DNA from: Halogeometricum borinquense DSM 11551
GTDB taxonomy: Archaea > Halobacteriota > Halobacteria > Halobacteriales > Haloferacaceae
Assembly: GCF_000172995.2 (NCBI RefSeq)
Contig: NC_014729.1
Location: forward strand, 420,001-452,000
DNA length: 32,000 bases
Direction: 5' to 3'
The notes beneath the pieces were generated by a model. That model made no database searches, was not told where the DNA came from, and saw only the letters and a program-made list of their open reading frames with translations. This document shows positions 24,216 to 32,000 of this stretch, in pieces; position 1 is the stretch's first letter; the number at the start of each line of letters is the position of its first letter. Made by a program: the position numbers and the translations under genes.

Positions 24216-26054
24216 ATGAATACCCTCATATGGGTTCTCGTCGGTTTGCTGGCGTACTCTCTCGTCGCCCTCCTCTTGCGGCAGTACGGTCTGCTTCCTT
24301 CGTCGGTCCGACTCCAAGGACCGCTTGCGACCATTCATACCAAGCGGGGGCGCGACTTCATCGATTGGGTTGCCACACCGAAGCGCTTCTGGAGAGCGTG
24401 GACCAATTTCGGCCTCGGAATCACCCTCGTCATCATGGTGGGGATGTTCCTGTTCCTCTTTGTGCAGGGCATCTTCATCCTCCTGAACCCGCCTGCACCC
24501 TCTGTGGCTAACCAACCGCAGAACTTCCTCGTCATTCCGGGGGTCAACGATTTCCTCCCGCTGTCTGTCGCTCCCGAAATCGTCTTCGGCCTCCTCGTCG
24601 GCCTCGTCGTCCACGAGGGCGGTCACGGCATCCTCTGCCGCGTTGAAGACATCGAAATCGAGTCGATGGGGCTCGTCCTGTTCACGCTCCTCCCACTCGG
24701 CGCGTTCGTCGAACCGGACGAGGAGAGCCAACGGAACGCCGACCGAGGGGGCAAATCGCGGATGTTCGCCGCGGGCGTCACGAACAACTTCGCGGTCACT
24801 ATCGTCGCGTTCGCCCTCCTGTTCGGTCCCGTTATCGCTTCGATTTCTGTCGCGCCCGGGATGGCTATTTCCGGAGCATACGACGGGTCGCCCGCCGCCA
24901 CGGCCGATATCAGCCAAGGCGACAGAATCACTGCAGTCGCCGGGATGCCCGTGAACAACGAGACGACGCTCGATGCGGCGCTCTATTCGACGAGTGATCA
25001 GCGCGTTGAAGTCGAACTCAACGGCGGTGAGAGCGCTGCCGACCGGGAGAAACGGACTGTCTCGGTCGAACGGTCGCTCATCGTTGCCGGCACCGTCGCC
25101 GGTAACCCAGCAGGTCTCTCCGTGGGCGATGACGATTCAGCAGCATCACAGAACGACGACCCCATACGCGTCACACAGGTGAACGGCACCGCCGTCCACA
25201 CGCAACGCGGCTTCTCGGAGGCTGTCGGTGACGGCCGGTTTGCCACCATCACTACTTCGCGCGGAACGGTAACGATCCCCGTCGGCGCGTATCTCACGCG
25301 CGTCTCCGCCGACGGTCCGCTGGGAAGCACCGGTGCGCCGACCGACGGGGGCGCAATTGTCACCGCCATCGGTGACGAACGCGTCACTTCGTCGGCCAGT
25401 CTCAGTCGGGTTATGGGTGACACGCAACCCGGCGAGACGGTCCCTGTCGAACTCTATCACGACGGAGCGTTCAAGACGTACGATGTGACTCTCGGAGAGA
25501 ACCCCCGTGATAACGGTGGCTTCCTCGGAGTCAACCTGTTCCCCGGAACGAGCGGACTGCTGCTTACGGACTTCGGTGTGCAGTCGTACCCCGCAGGGAC
25601 GTACGTCTCTCTTCTCGGGGGTGACGGCGGTCCCGACGCGCTCGGACTCTCGGGTGCCGTCGCCGACTCGCCGCTCAGCGCGGTCTACGTCGCGCTCATT
25701 CTCCCCCTCGCGTCGCTCGTCCTCGGGATTCCGAACTTCCCGGGCTTTACGGACAGCGTCGCTAACTTCTATGCAGTATCCGGACCGTTCGGATTCCTCG
25801 GATCGGGAGTGTTCCTCCTCGCCAACGTCTGCTTCTGGATGGCGTGGATAAACCTCCAACTCGGGCTGTTCAACTGTATCCCCGGCTATCCGCTTGACGG
25901 CGGCCGCATCCTGCGGACGAGCGTGGAGGCAGTCGTCTCTCGGCTCCCCGTTTCGGAACCGTACACTGTCGTCCGAACCATCACGACGGGTATCGGGGTG
26001 ACGATGTTACTGTCGCTGCTCCTCTTGGTGTTCGGGCCGACGGTTCTCAACTAA
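24216..26054 (+). CDS. M50 family site-2 protease with inserted PDZ-like region (paralog 2)
   Basis: HExxH motif HEGGHGILC within a TM segment and the C-terminal ligand motif NCIPGYPLDGGRIL. The long central soluble insert has PDZ-like stretches (GDRITAVAGMPVNNETTLDAAL; GETVPVELYHDGAFKTYDVTL). Confidence 0.85.
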   Translation: MNTLIWVLVGLLAYSLVALLLRQYGLLPSSVRLQGPLATIHTKRGRDFIDWVATPKRFWRAWTNFGLGITLVIMVGMFLFLFVQGIFILLNPPAPSVANQPQNFLVIPGVNDFLPLSVAPEIVFGLLVGLVVHEGGHGILCRVEDIEIESMGLVLFTLLPLGAFVEPDEESQRNADRGGKSRMFAAGVTNNFAVTIVAFALLFGPVIASISVAPGMAISGAYDGSPAATADISQGDRITAVAGMPVNNETTLDAALYSTSDQRVEVELNGGESAADREKRTVSVERSLIVAGTVAGNPAGLSVGDDDSAASQNDDPIRVTQVNGTAVHTQRGFSEAVGDGRFATITTSRGTVTIPVGAYLTRVSADGPLGSTGAPTDGGAIVTAIGDERVTSSASLSRVMGDTQPGETVPVELYHDGAFKTYDVTLGENPRDNGGFLGVNLFPGTSGLLLTDFGVQSYPAGTYVSLLGGDGGPDALGLSGAVADSPLSAVYVALILPLASLVLGIPNFPGFTDSVANFYAVSGPFGFLGSGVFLLANVCFWMAWINLQLGLFNCIPGYPLDGGRILRTSVEAVVSRLPVSEPYTVVRTITTGIGVTMLLSLLLLVFGPTVLN

Positions 26055-26579
26055 TCAGGAATCGTCGAACTCGACGCCTTCGCGCTCGTAGAACTCTGCT
26101 GGCGTCTCGTCGATACGCTCGAACGTTCCGAAGTCGCGTTCGTGATGACGAATGAGTTGCTCGATGATCCACGAACTGAACGTTTCATCGAAGCGCCACA
26201 CGTCGTCTGGCGTCTCCACCTCGAACCGGTCGTCGGTAGCGAACGCGACGTAGACGTGGTAGAAACCGAGAATGATGTCCGCGAAATCGGCCGCCTTACC
26301 GCCGGACTCCCGGCGCTTCTCCGCGAGTTCCTCTCGACCGGAGTCGGTGAGTTCGAAGTACTTGCGGTCGGATTCTGTCTCGCGTTCGATTCGGGTGGCC
26401 CAACCTTTGTCCTCGAACTTGTAGAGGATCGGATAGACAGATCCGTACGAGGGTTCCCAGTGGCCGCCACTGATGTCGTTTATCTCCTTTAGTATCTCGT
26501 ATCCGTATCGAGGTTTCTCGTCGAGGAGTTCGAGCACGAGGTACGAGATGAGTCCCTTTGGGGGGCCACTCTTCCGCAT
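26055..26579 (-). CDS. PadR-family transcriptional regulator with C-terminal extension
   Basis: LISYLVLELLDEKPRYGYEILKEINDISGGHWEPSYGSVYPILYKFEDKGW is a canonical PadR winged helix; 174 aa. Confidence 0.85.
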   Translation of the reverse strand: MRKSGPPKGLISYLVLELLDEKPRYGYEILKEINDISGGHWEPSYGSVYPILYKFEDKGWATRIERETESDRKYFELTDSGREELAEKRRESGGKAADFADIILGFYHVYVAFATDDRFEVETPDDVWRFDETFSSWIIEQLIRHHERDFGTFERIDETPAEFYEREGVEFDDS

Positions 26580-26808
26580 CGGGCGGAAGTTCCGACGCTC
26601 TCTGTGAAAGGGTTTCGGTCGTCGCGGGAATTTCCGGTCTCGCTATCGTGGTATCTGAACGTCGTCGCTTCCGATTTCACAAATCGACCTGTGAATCGAC
26701 CACATTCTGTGCGTCAACCACATTCCCGTCCCGGTTCGGGAGGTACGCGCGTCGTATCCACGGTGCCGACTCGCAACTCCCATACGGGAGAAACCCTAAT
26801 CGGAGGAC

Positions 26809-28341
26809 ATGACAGATGCCCCACCGACCGACGAGGGCTGGTTCGCCCTACACGACTTCCGCACTGTGGACTGGGACGCGTGGCGCGACGCGCCCGAACA
26901 CGAACGGAACCGCGCCGTCGGCGAGGGTGTCGAGTATCTCCGCACCCACGAGGCCGTCGAGGATGCAGAAGACGGAACGTCTGCCGTCTTCTCTATCCTC
27001 GGGCACAAGGCGGACTTGCTCGTCATCCACTTCCGCCCGACGCTAGACGCGCTCTCGCGTGCGGAACGGCAGTTCGAGCGAACTGCGCTCGCTGCGTACA
27101 CCGAACAGGCAACCTCGTACGTTTCGGTTACCGAGGTGTCCGGATACGTTTCTCAGGATTACTTCGAGGAGGGCGAGGACGCCGACGTAGACGAGGGGCT
27201 TCGCCGCTACATCGAAGGAAAACTCGAACCCGACGTGCCGGACGACCAGTACGTCGCATTCTACCCCATGTCGAAACGCCGCGGCGAGAAGTACAACTGG
27301 TACGACCTCTCGTTCGAGGAACGCGCCGAGATGATGTCTGTCCACGGCGATACCGGCCGCGAGTACGCCGGGAAGATAAAGCAGGTCATCGCCTCGTCCG
27401 TCGGATTCGACGACTTCGAGTGGGGCGTGACGCTGTTCTCCGAGGACCCCACGGAGATCAAGAACATCGTCTACGACATGCGGTTCGACGATGTCTCCTC
27501 GAAGTACGGCGAGTTCGGCCAGTTCTACATCGGACGTCGGTTCCCACCTGCGGACTTGGGTGCGTACCTCGACGGCGAGTCGGTTCCGACGAGCGAACAC
27601 GAGACGGCGCACGAACACGGCGCCCACGGCGAGGCTCACGGCCACGCGCACGGTGACTCTCCGCACGGCGGCAGCGACCACGGCGGGGCACACGGCGGCG
27701 GTGGCGGTCACGCACACGGCGACTCTCCGCACGGCGAATCCGACGAGGACGACGCCTCCGGCGACATCCGCGGCGAACTCGAAGATCTGAACATCTACGC
27801 AGGTCAGCCCCACGGCGAGGACGTGTACGCGACGGTTCTCTACTCAGAGGCCGACTCCGACGAGTTGTTCGAGGAAGTCGAGGGTCTGCGCGGCAACTTC
27901 GACCACTACGGCACGCACGTCAAGACGGCTGTCTACGAGGCCAAAGAACGCGGACGGTCGGCCGTCGTCTCTATCTGGGACACGCAGTCGGCGGCGGAGA
28001 CGGCCGCCGGGTTCCTCTCGGAACTTCCGGGTATCGTCTCACGCGCCGGTGAGGAGTCTGGATTCGGGACGATGGGAATGTTCTACACGGTCAAATCCGA
28101 GCACCGCGAGGATTTCGTCGAGAAGTTCGACACCGTCGGTGACGTACTCGCCGATACCGACGGCCACCAGGAGACCGACCTGATGGTCAACATCGAAGAC
28201 GAAGACGACATGTTCATCGCCAGTCAGTGGAACGCACAGGAGGACGCGATGGAGTTCTTCCGCTCGGACGCCTTCCGCGACACCGTCCAGTGGGGCCGCG
28301 ACATCCTCGCGGACCGACCACGCCACGTCTTCCTCGCGTAG
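26809..28341 (+). CDS. pitA: chlorite-dismutase-like (HemQ/Cld family) domain fused to an antibiotic-biosynthesis-monooxygenase (ABM) domain through a His-rich linker; PitA-type protein
   Basis: N-terminal Cld-like half (GWFALHDFRTVDWDAW..., YVAFYPMSKRR, WYDLSFEERAEMM). C-terminal ABM-like half (GMFYTVKSEHREDFVEKF...FIASQWNAQEDAMEFFRSDAFRD). The linker holds 13 His in 45 residues. The same architecture is described for Haloferax volcanii PitA. Confidence 0.85.
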   Translation: MTDAPPTDEGWFALHDFRTVDWDAWRDAPEHERNRAVGEGVEYLRTHEAVEDAEDGTSAVFSILGHKADLLVIHFRPTLDALSRAERQFERTALAAYTEQATSYVSVTEVSGYVSQDYFEEGEDADVDEGLRRYIEGKLEPDVPDDQYVAFYPMSKRRGEKYNWYDLSFEERAEMMSVHGDTGREYAGKIKQVIASSVGFDDFEWGVTLFSEDPTEIKNIVYDMRFDDVSSKYGEFGQFYIGRRFPPADLGAYLDGESVPTSEHETAHEHGAHGEAHGHAHGDSPHGGSDHGGAHGGGGGHAHGDSPHGESDEDDASGDIRGELEDLNIYAGQPHGEDVYATVLYSEADSDELFEEVEGLRGNFDHYGTHVKTAVYEAKERGRSAVVSIWDTQSAAETAAGFLSELPGIVSRAGEESGFGTMGMFYTVKSEHREDFVEKFDTVGDVLADTDGHQETDLMVNIEDEDDMFIASQWNAQEDAMEFFRSDAFRDTVQWGRDILADRPRHVFLA

Positions 28342-28479
28342 TCCCCGCACGACCTTGCTGACGTTTTTTCGCCCGGCCGGTCGTTGATTCTACTAGTCTC
28401 GACTTCGGCTTTCTGCCACCGCCGGATTGCGGCACCTCGGACGGAACCTGAGAGCTCCTCGAACGGATATAAGAGTACG

Positions 28480-28968
28480 TTACTGGCCCGCCTCGTTGTG
28501 ATCAAGTACTCGGGTCCGCGCTCGGTCACTTTTGTCCCCGGTGAGATCCTCTGTTTGCAAGAGAGCGTCCAACCTGCGTTCGAACTCTTCGTCGCCGATT
28601 TCTCCGGCGGCATAGCGTTCACGCAGGCGCGCGATGGCAGTTTCATCCTCTGTCGGTTCGTACGACGCAGACTCCTGCCCCTGCGTCGCCGTGCGACGCC
28701 GCGACGTCTCACGATGCGCCGCACGGTGGCTGTCTGTCGTCTTGCTCTCTTCGTCCCCGGAAGGACCGGTGAGCCTGTGAACGGCGTACGACAGCAACAT
28801 CACCGTTGGAGTGACGGTGAGAAACGTCGATACGGGATCACTAGCGCTGTTGAAACTGAGCAGGACCATCCAGAGTCCGACGACGAGGCCGGTCAGCGGT
28901 GGACTGTTCCAGACGGCGCGGGCGTTGACGGAAAGCCATCTCCCGATGCGTTCGAGAAGAGTGGTCAT
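28480..28968 (-). CDS. membrane protein with C-terminal SHOCT domain (paralog 1)
   Basis: Two N-terminal hydrophobic helices, then the SHOCT-type motif IARLRERYAAGEIGDEEFERRLDALL. Confidence 0.75.
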   Translation of the reverse strand: MTTLLERIGRWLSVNARAVWNSPPLTGLVVGLWMVLLSFNSASDPVSTFLTVTPTVMLLSYAVHRLTGPSGDEESKTTDSHRAAHRETSRRRTATQGQESASYEPTEDETAIARLRERYAAGEIGDEEFERRLDALLQTEDLTGDKSDRARTRVLDHNEAGQ

Positions 28969-29009
28969 ACGCAGATATCCGACAGCGAAATGAAAGTTAT
29001 TTTCGGTTG

Positions 29010-29816
29010 TCAGCGTACGTGAGCGCCGTCGTTCGTGATGCGCGTCGATTCGTCGAGGACACCCTCGACGCCAGTCGCCAGCACCGTTTCACCGACCATC
29101 GCCATCGTTGCCGCTCCATCGTTATCGAGCACGCGCTCGACGGTCTGTTCGACGGACTGCGTCGGGAGCTCTGTCCGTTTCGCGAACGCCCACGACGCGT
29201 TGAACCACGCTTGCAACGAGTCACCGGGGTGGAACGTCGAAAGCGCCTCAGTACCGGCGTCGGCCACTTTCGTTATCGCTCCCTCGTCTCTGAGAACGTC
29301 CTGTGTCGCGATTCCGCCCGTCGAAGTGTATTCGATGCGGTCATCTCTTTCCGTTCGGTCTCGGCCGTCGCCGGTGTTCCAGACGAGTCCGCCTTGCTCC
29401 TGTACGAACACGTCCCCGAGTCCGGTACCGGCGGCGACTTCGGCGCGATGTGCCGCAGTCAGAACGTCTTCGCGGGAAAGTTCGAGATCGAAAACGTCGG
29501 CGGCGGCGAGCGCAGTTGCGAGGGTGGCCGCGCCACTCGCACCGAATCCGCATCCGACCGGGATGTCGGCCTCCAGTGAGACGTCGGCGGTGACGCCGAT
29601 TGAGTCGAGGACGCCCGCGACCGGTTCGAAGCTGGTGACGGTACCGTCGAGTCGGATAACTGTCTCGTCGGTCGGTTTGACGGTGGCGTGAACGCCGTCT
29701 TCGACGGCGAAACTGACGCCCAACGAACCCTCTTCGGGATCCGATTGCGGCACGAAGACAGTGGTGACGCTCCCGGGTGCGTACGCAGTCGTCATACTGT
29801 TGTCATCGGTGGCCAC
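29010..29816 (-). CDS. pantoate kinase (archaeal CoA pathway, GHMP kinase superfamily)
   Basis: APGSVTTVFVP and the GHMP phosphate-binding motif PVGCGFGASGAATLATALA; size about 265 aa. An alternative start is ATG 29795 (MTTAYAPG...). Confidence 0.75.
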   Translation of the reverse strand: MATDDNSMTTAYAPGSVTTVFVPQSDPEEGSLGVSFAVEDGVHATVKPTDETVIRLDGTVTSFEPVAGVLDSIGVTADVSLEADIPVGCGFGASGAATLATALAAADVFDLELSREDVLTAAHRAEVAAGTGLGDVFVQEQGGLVWNTGDGRDRTERDDRIEYTSTGGIATQDVLRDEGAITKVADAGTEALSTFHPGDSLQAWFNASWAFAKRTELPTQSVEQTVERVLDNDGAATMAMVGETVLATGVEGVLDESTRITNDGAHVR

Positions 29817-29882
29817 GCCTCTAAGGATTGTCGAGACAGAGAACGGATTTTCGTACGGATTTCGATTGTCGGCGACGCCGTC

Positions 29883-30284
29883 TCAGGACGACTTTTCCCG
29901 GACGAACTCCGCTTCTGCGGTGTCATCGTCTTGGGTTCGGAGCAGTTGCTCGACTCGGCGTTCGAACTCTGCCTCGTCTATTTTTCCCTCGGCATAGCGT
30001 TCGCGGAGACGACCGAGAGCATCGTCATGCTGGTCTGCATTTGCTCGGCGTGGCGAGTCGAGTTGATTCGCTTCGGTCATAGCTCTCGTGAAGTCGGTCA
30101 GACGGACGTACGGGAGCGTGAGCAATGCAGTGATGATGAAGGTCCCGACGAAACCTGCGACGGGATGCTCACCGTTGATGAGTGCAATGAGAGAAACAAC
30201 GCCGGCGACGACGGCGGAGAACGTCCACGGCCGCGTGCGGATGAACTCGTCGAAGTCGAACCCGTCGGTGGAGGGCGAAGACAT
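29883..30284 (-). CDS. membrane protein with C-terminal SHOCT domain (paralog 2)
   Basis: Two hydrophobic helices (WTFSAVVAGVVSLIALI, VAGFVGTFIITALLTLPYV), then LGRLRERYAEGKIDEAEFERRVEQLL. Confidence 0.75.
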   Translation of the reverse strand: MSSPSTDGFDFDEFIRTRPWTFSAVVAGVVSLIALINGEHPVAGFVGTFIITALLTLPYVRLTDFTRAMTEANQLDSPRRANADQHDDALGRLRERYAEGKIDEAEFERRVEQLLRTQDDDTAEAEFVREKSS

Positions 30285-30337
30285 ATTAGATAGTTATCAA
30301 GTACTGTAAAAAAGTTCGATAACGCGGGGTACGGCGT

Positions 30338-30508
30338 CTACGCGTCTCGTGACCGACGGTAACCGAGAAGACCGAACACGCCAGTCAAGAGCGTCAGGAG
30401 GTCCCACGGAGACGCGTCGATGTCGCGCTTCTTGGCGTCGCGGCGGATCCACGCGGCGAGTGTGAGGTGGGCAACGGCAGTCAGGCCGACGAACGTCGTG
30501 CGCTTCAC
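30338..30508 (-). CDS. PLDc_N-like (cardiolipin-synthase N-terminal-type) small membrane protein, 56 aa, GTG start
   Basis: Base-by-base reverse translation: (M)KRTTFVGLTAVAHLTLAAWIRRDAKKRDIDASPWDLLTLLTGVFGLLGYRRSRDA-stop (cta 30338-40). The pattern W..DA.KR....W....L....G.L.Y fits the family. It starts 4 nt after the aldo/keto reductase stop. Below the ORF-track cutoff. Confidence 0.6.
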   Translation of the reverse strand: MKRTTFVGLTAVAHLTLAAWIRRDAKKRDIDASPWDLLTLLTGVFGLLGYRRSRDA

Positions 30509-30512
30509 GGCG

Positions 30513-31589
30513 TTAGTCTGCGGAGTTGCGCGGGCCGGCCGAGGCCTTTTTGTCGATGCCTGCGGCGTCGATGTCGTCGCCGCCGACTGACGAGCGAAGT
30601 TCGTCCATCCCGTCGTCGCAGTCGATTCCGAAGTTGTCCTCGTAGAGGTCGCTCACGCGCGTCATTTCCTCCTCGGAGAGTTTCGGGACGTCGCTGGCGG
30701 CGGCCCACTCGGTGATGTCTTCTTTCGTGTGGAACGTCGGCGTCACCGACGCGACGGCGTCGTGGCTCAGAAGGTAGGCGATGGCGGCTTGTCCCATCGT
30801 ACGTTCGCCGTCTCGCTCCAAGAACCGAAGCGTCTCTAGTTTCTCCCAGCCCGTCTCGTACCACGCGTCGGGGCGGAATCCGCGGTGGTCGTCAAGGTCG
30901 TGGCCCGTCTCGGGCGTCACCTGTTCGTTCAGGAGGCCCGAAGAGTGCGGCACGCGCGGGATGAGACTCGTCGGCGACCCCGTGCGCTCGACGGTGTCGA
31001 GGAAGTGGTTGCCGACTTCCTGCTCGAACATGTTCCAGACGAGTTGCAGCGAGTCGAACTCCTCTTCGATGGCCATGTCGCCCTCGGCCAACCAACCGAT
31101 GGAGGGACCGAGTGCCCAACCGATTGCGTCTACGAGGCCTTCCTCACGGAGTTCGTCGAGTGCTTCGAGAACGTCCTCGTCAACCTCGTCAACGTTCGCG
31201 TTGTGGAGTTGGAGTACTTCGACGTGGTCTACGCCGAGGCGTTCGAGACTCTTCTCCGTCGCGGAGCGAACCCACTCGCCCGTCATCTCTTTCGGTAGTT
31301 CGCCGTGGCCCGCCTGCGGGTTGTTGTAGAAGTCGTAGCCGACTTTCGTGGCGAGAGTGACTTCGTCGCGGTAGTCTGCGATAGCCTCACCGATCACTTT
31401 CTCGCTTTCGCCGTGGCCGTACACGTCGCCGGTGTCGAAGTAGGTGATTCCCTCCTCGATAGCGTGATGGATCATCTCGATGGAGTCGTCCTTCGTGCGG
31501 TCTCCCCACCAGTCGGTGCCGACAACCCACGCGCCGAACCCGACTTCGCTGACTTCGACGTCAGAGTTACCCAGCGTCCGATAGTTCAT
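30513..31589 (-). CDS. aldo/keto reductase
   Basis: MNYRTLGNSDVEVSEVGFGAW...FDTGDVYGHGESEKVIGEA... carries canonical AKR motifs; 358 aa. Confidence 0.9.
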   Translation of the reverse strand: MNYRTLGNSDVEVSEVGFGAWVVGTDWWGDRTKDDSIEMIHHAIEEGITYFDTGDVYGHGESEKVIGEAIADYRDEVTLATKVGYDFYNNPQAGHGELPKEMTGEWVRSATEKSLERLGVDHVEVLQLHNANVDEVDEDVLEALDELREEGLVDAIGWALGPSIGWLAEGDMAIEEEFDSLQLVWNMFEQEVGNHFLDTVERTGSPTSLIPRVPHSSGLLNEQVTPETGHDLDDHRGFRPDAWYETGWEKLETLRFLERDGERTMGQAAIAYLLSHDAVASVTPTFHTKEDITEWAAASDVPKLSEEEMTRVSDLYEDNFGIDCDDGMDELRSSVGGDDIDAAGIDKKASAGPRNSAD

Positions 31590-31841
31590 GTCCCGGGATT
31601 AGGAGTCGGGTCACTTAGCCCGAACGGTTCAGTAGTCGAAATTTCAACTACCAAGGCGTCAGCTATCTTCTCGTCTTGTTCTTCGTCATCTTCCAGAGTA
31701 TCCGACGAACGTCCTGTTCCGGTGTGAAAGCAGGTTTCCCGGTCGTCGTCAGTTGGACGTTCTGCCCTCGCTATCCAGACGGTCCACCGGTCGCTGCACA
31801 CAACCGAACGGATTAGTTCGCTGGGAACAAATCCGTCGTTA

Positions 31842-32000
31842 ATGACGAAAGTCCACGTCTCTCTCCCTTCGGAGGCGGAACGGAACGTACAGGCGTTCAT
31901 CGATGAGGTGGACGAACGACTCTCCTCCGAAGAAGACACGTGCGAGGTCGTCACGGAAACGCTCGTTGACCTTCACGGCGACCGGGAGGCGTACGAACGA
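31842..32000 (+). CDS. hypothetical acidic protein, N-terminal part only (runs off the right edge)
   Basis: Hand translation from ATG 31842: MTKVHVSLPSEAERNVQAFIDEVDERLSSEEDTCEVVTETLVDLHGDREAYER..., open to the window end. About 70% G/C at third positions. It competes with track ORF 31586..31954(-), which is Ser/Thr/Arg-rich across the overlap. Confidence 0.45.
   Translation, partial: MTKVHVSLPSEAERNVQAFIDEVDERLSSEEDTCEVVTETLVDLHGDREAYER

Noticed and set aside
31586-31954. 122-aa minus-strand ORF whose TGA overlaps the aldo/keto reductase ATG (ATGA), suggesting translational coupling.
   Set aside because: It is Ser/Thr/Arg-rich with roughly 50% G/C at third positions. Its 5-prime part is antisense to a more convincing acidic + strand ORF starting at 31842. 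It is kept only as a possibility: an internal start could give a short upstream peptide.

Overview
This window looks like a haloarchaeal (class Halobacteria) chromosome segment. It is GC-rich (many 60-nt lines are about 60-65% G+C), its proteins are strongly acidic, several genes have a TATA box about 25-30 nt upstream of the ATG (leaderless style), and the tRNA has no encoded CCA. All identifications rest on motif recognition and hand translation; no database search was possible.

Most of the window is closely packed housekeeping and metabolic genes:
- Peptidases: M20 (ArgE/DapE-like), PepF (M3B), M28 aminopeptidase, and two M50 site-2-protease paralogs.
- Translation and RNA: tRNA-Lys(UUU), truA, hisS, class I lysS, rps19e, and a PDCD5-like DNA-binding protein.
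- Metabolism: thiL, pyrH, moaE, pantoate kinase, an aldo/keto reductase, a HAD hydrolase, and a PP-loop ATPase.
- Other: an EamA transporter, a PQQ-like beta-propeller, a UPF0104 membrane protein, PadR, and the PitA-type chlorite-dismutase-like/ABM fusion.

I found no rRNA, CRISPR array, transposase or integrase. Many long ORFs in the supplied track are antisense or frame-shifted shadows of real genes (rich in Arg, Ser and Pro). Several real genes start well inside their track ORF.

The clearest anomaly is a low-GC islet of about 1.2 kb (about 22860-24062). It carries an ankyrin-repeat gene and a 98-aa gene that looks like a colicin-D-immunity (ImmD) family protein. Each is followed by a copy of the same 85-bp repeat. 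That repeat contains the last 11-12 codons of the ImmD-like gene, a T-run, and a conserved short-ORF start. I read this as an orphan immunity-cassette array from an archaeal polymorphic-toxin conflict system; no toxin gene is visible in the window.

Other points worth a second look:
- An extreme G-run (G-quadruplex-prone) tract at 5058-5193, and a weaker relative at 17697-17761.
- A 27-37% GC block at 18130-18340, upstream of a small winged-helix gene, with four TTAGAG-type motif copies and a palindrome.
- A co-directional array of aldo/keto reductase, a PLDc_N-like miniprotein, a SHOCT protein, pantoate kinase and a second SHOCT protein.
- The His-rich, internally duplicated linker of PitA.
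- Each M50 protease sits beside a small winged-helix regulator.
- Several small CDS below the track's 60-aa cutoff.
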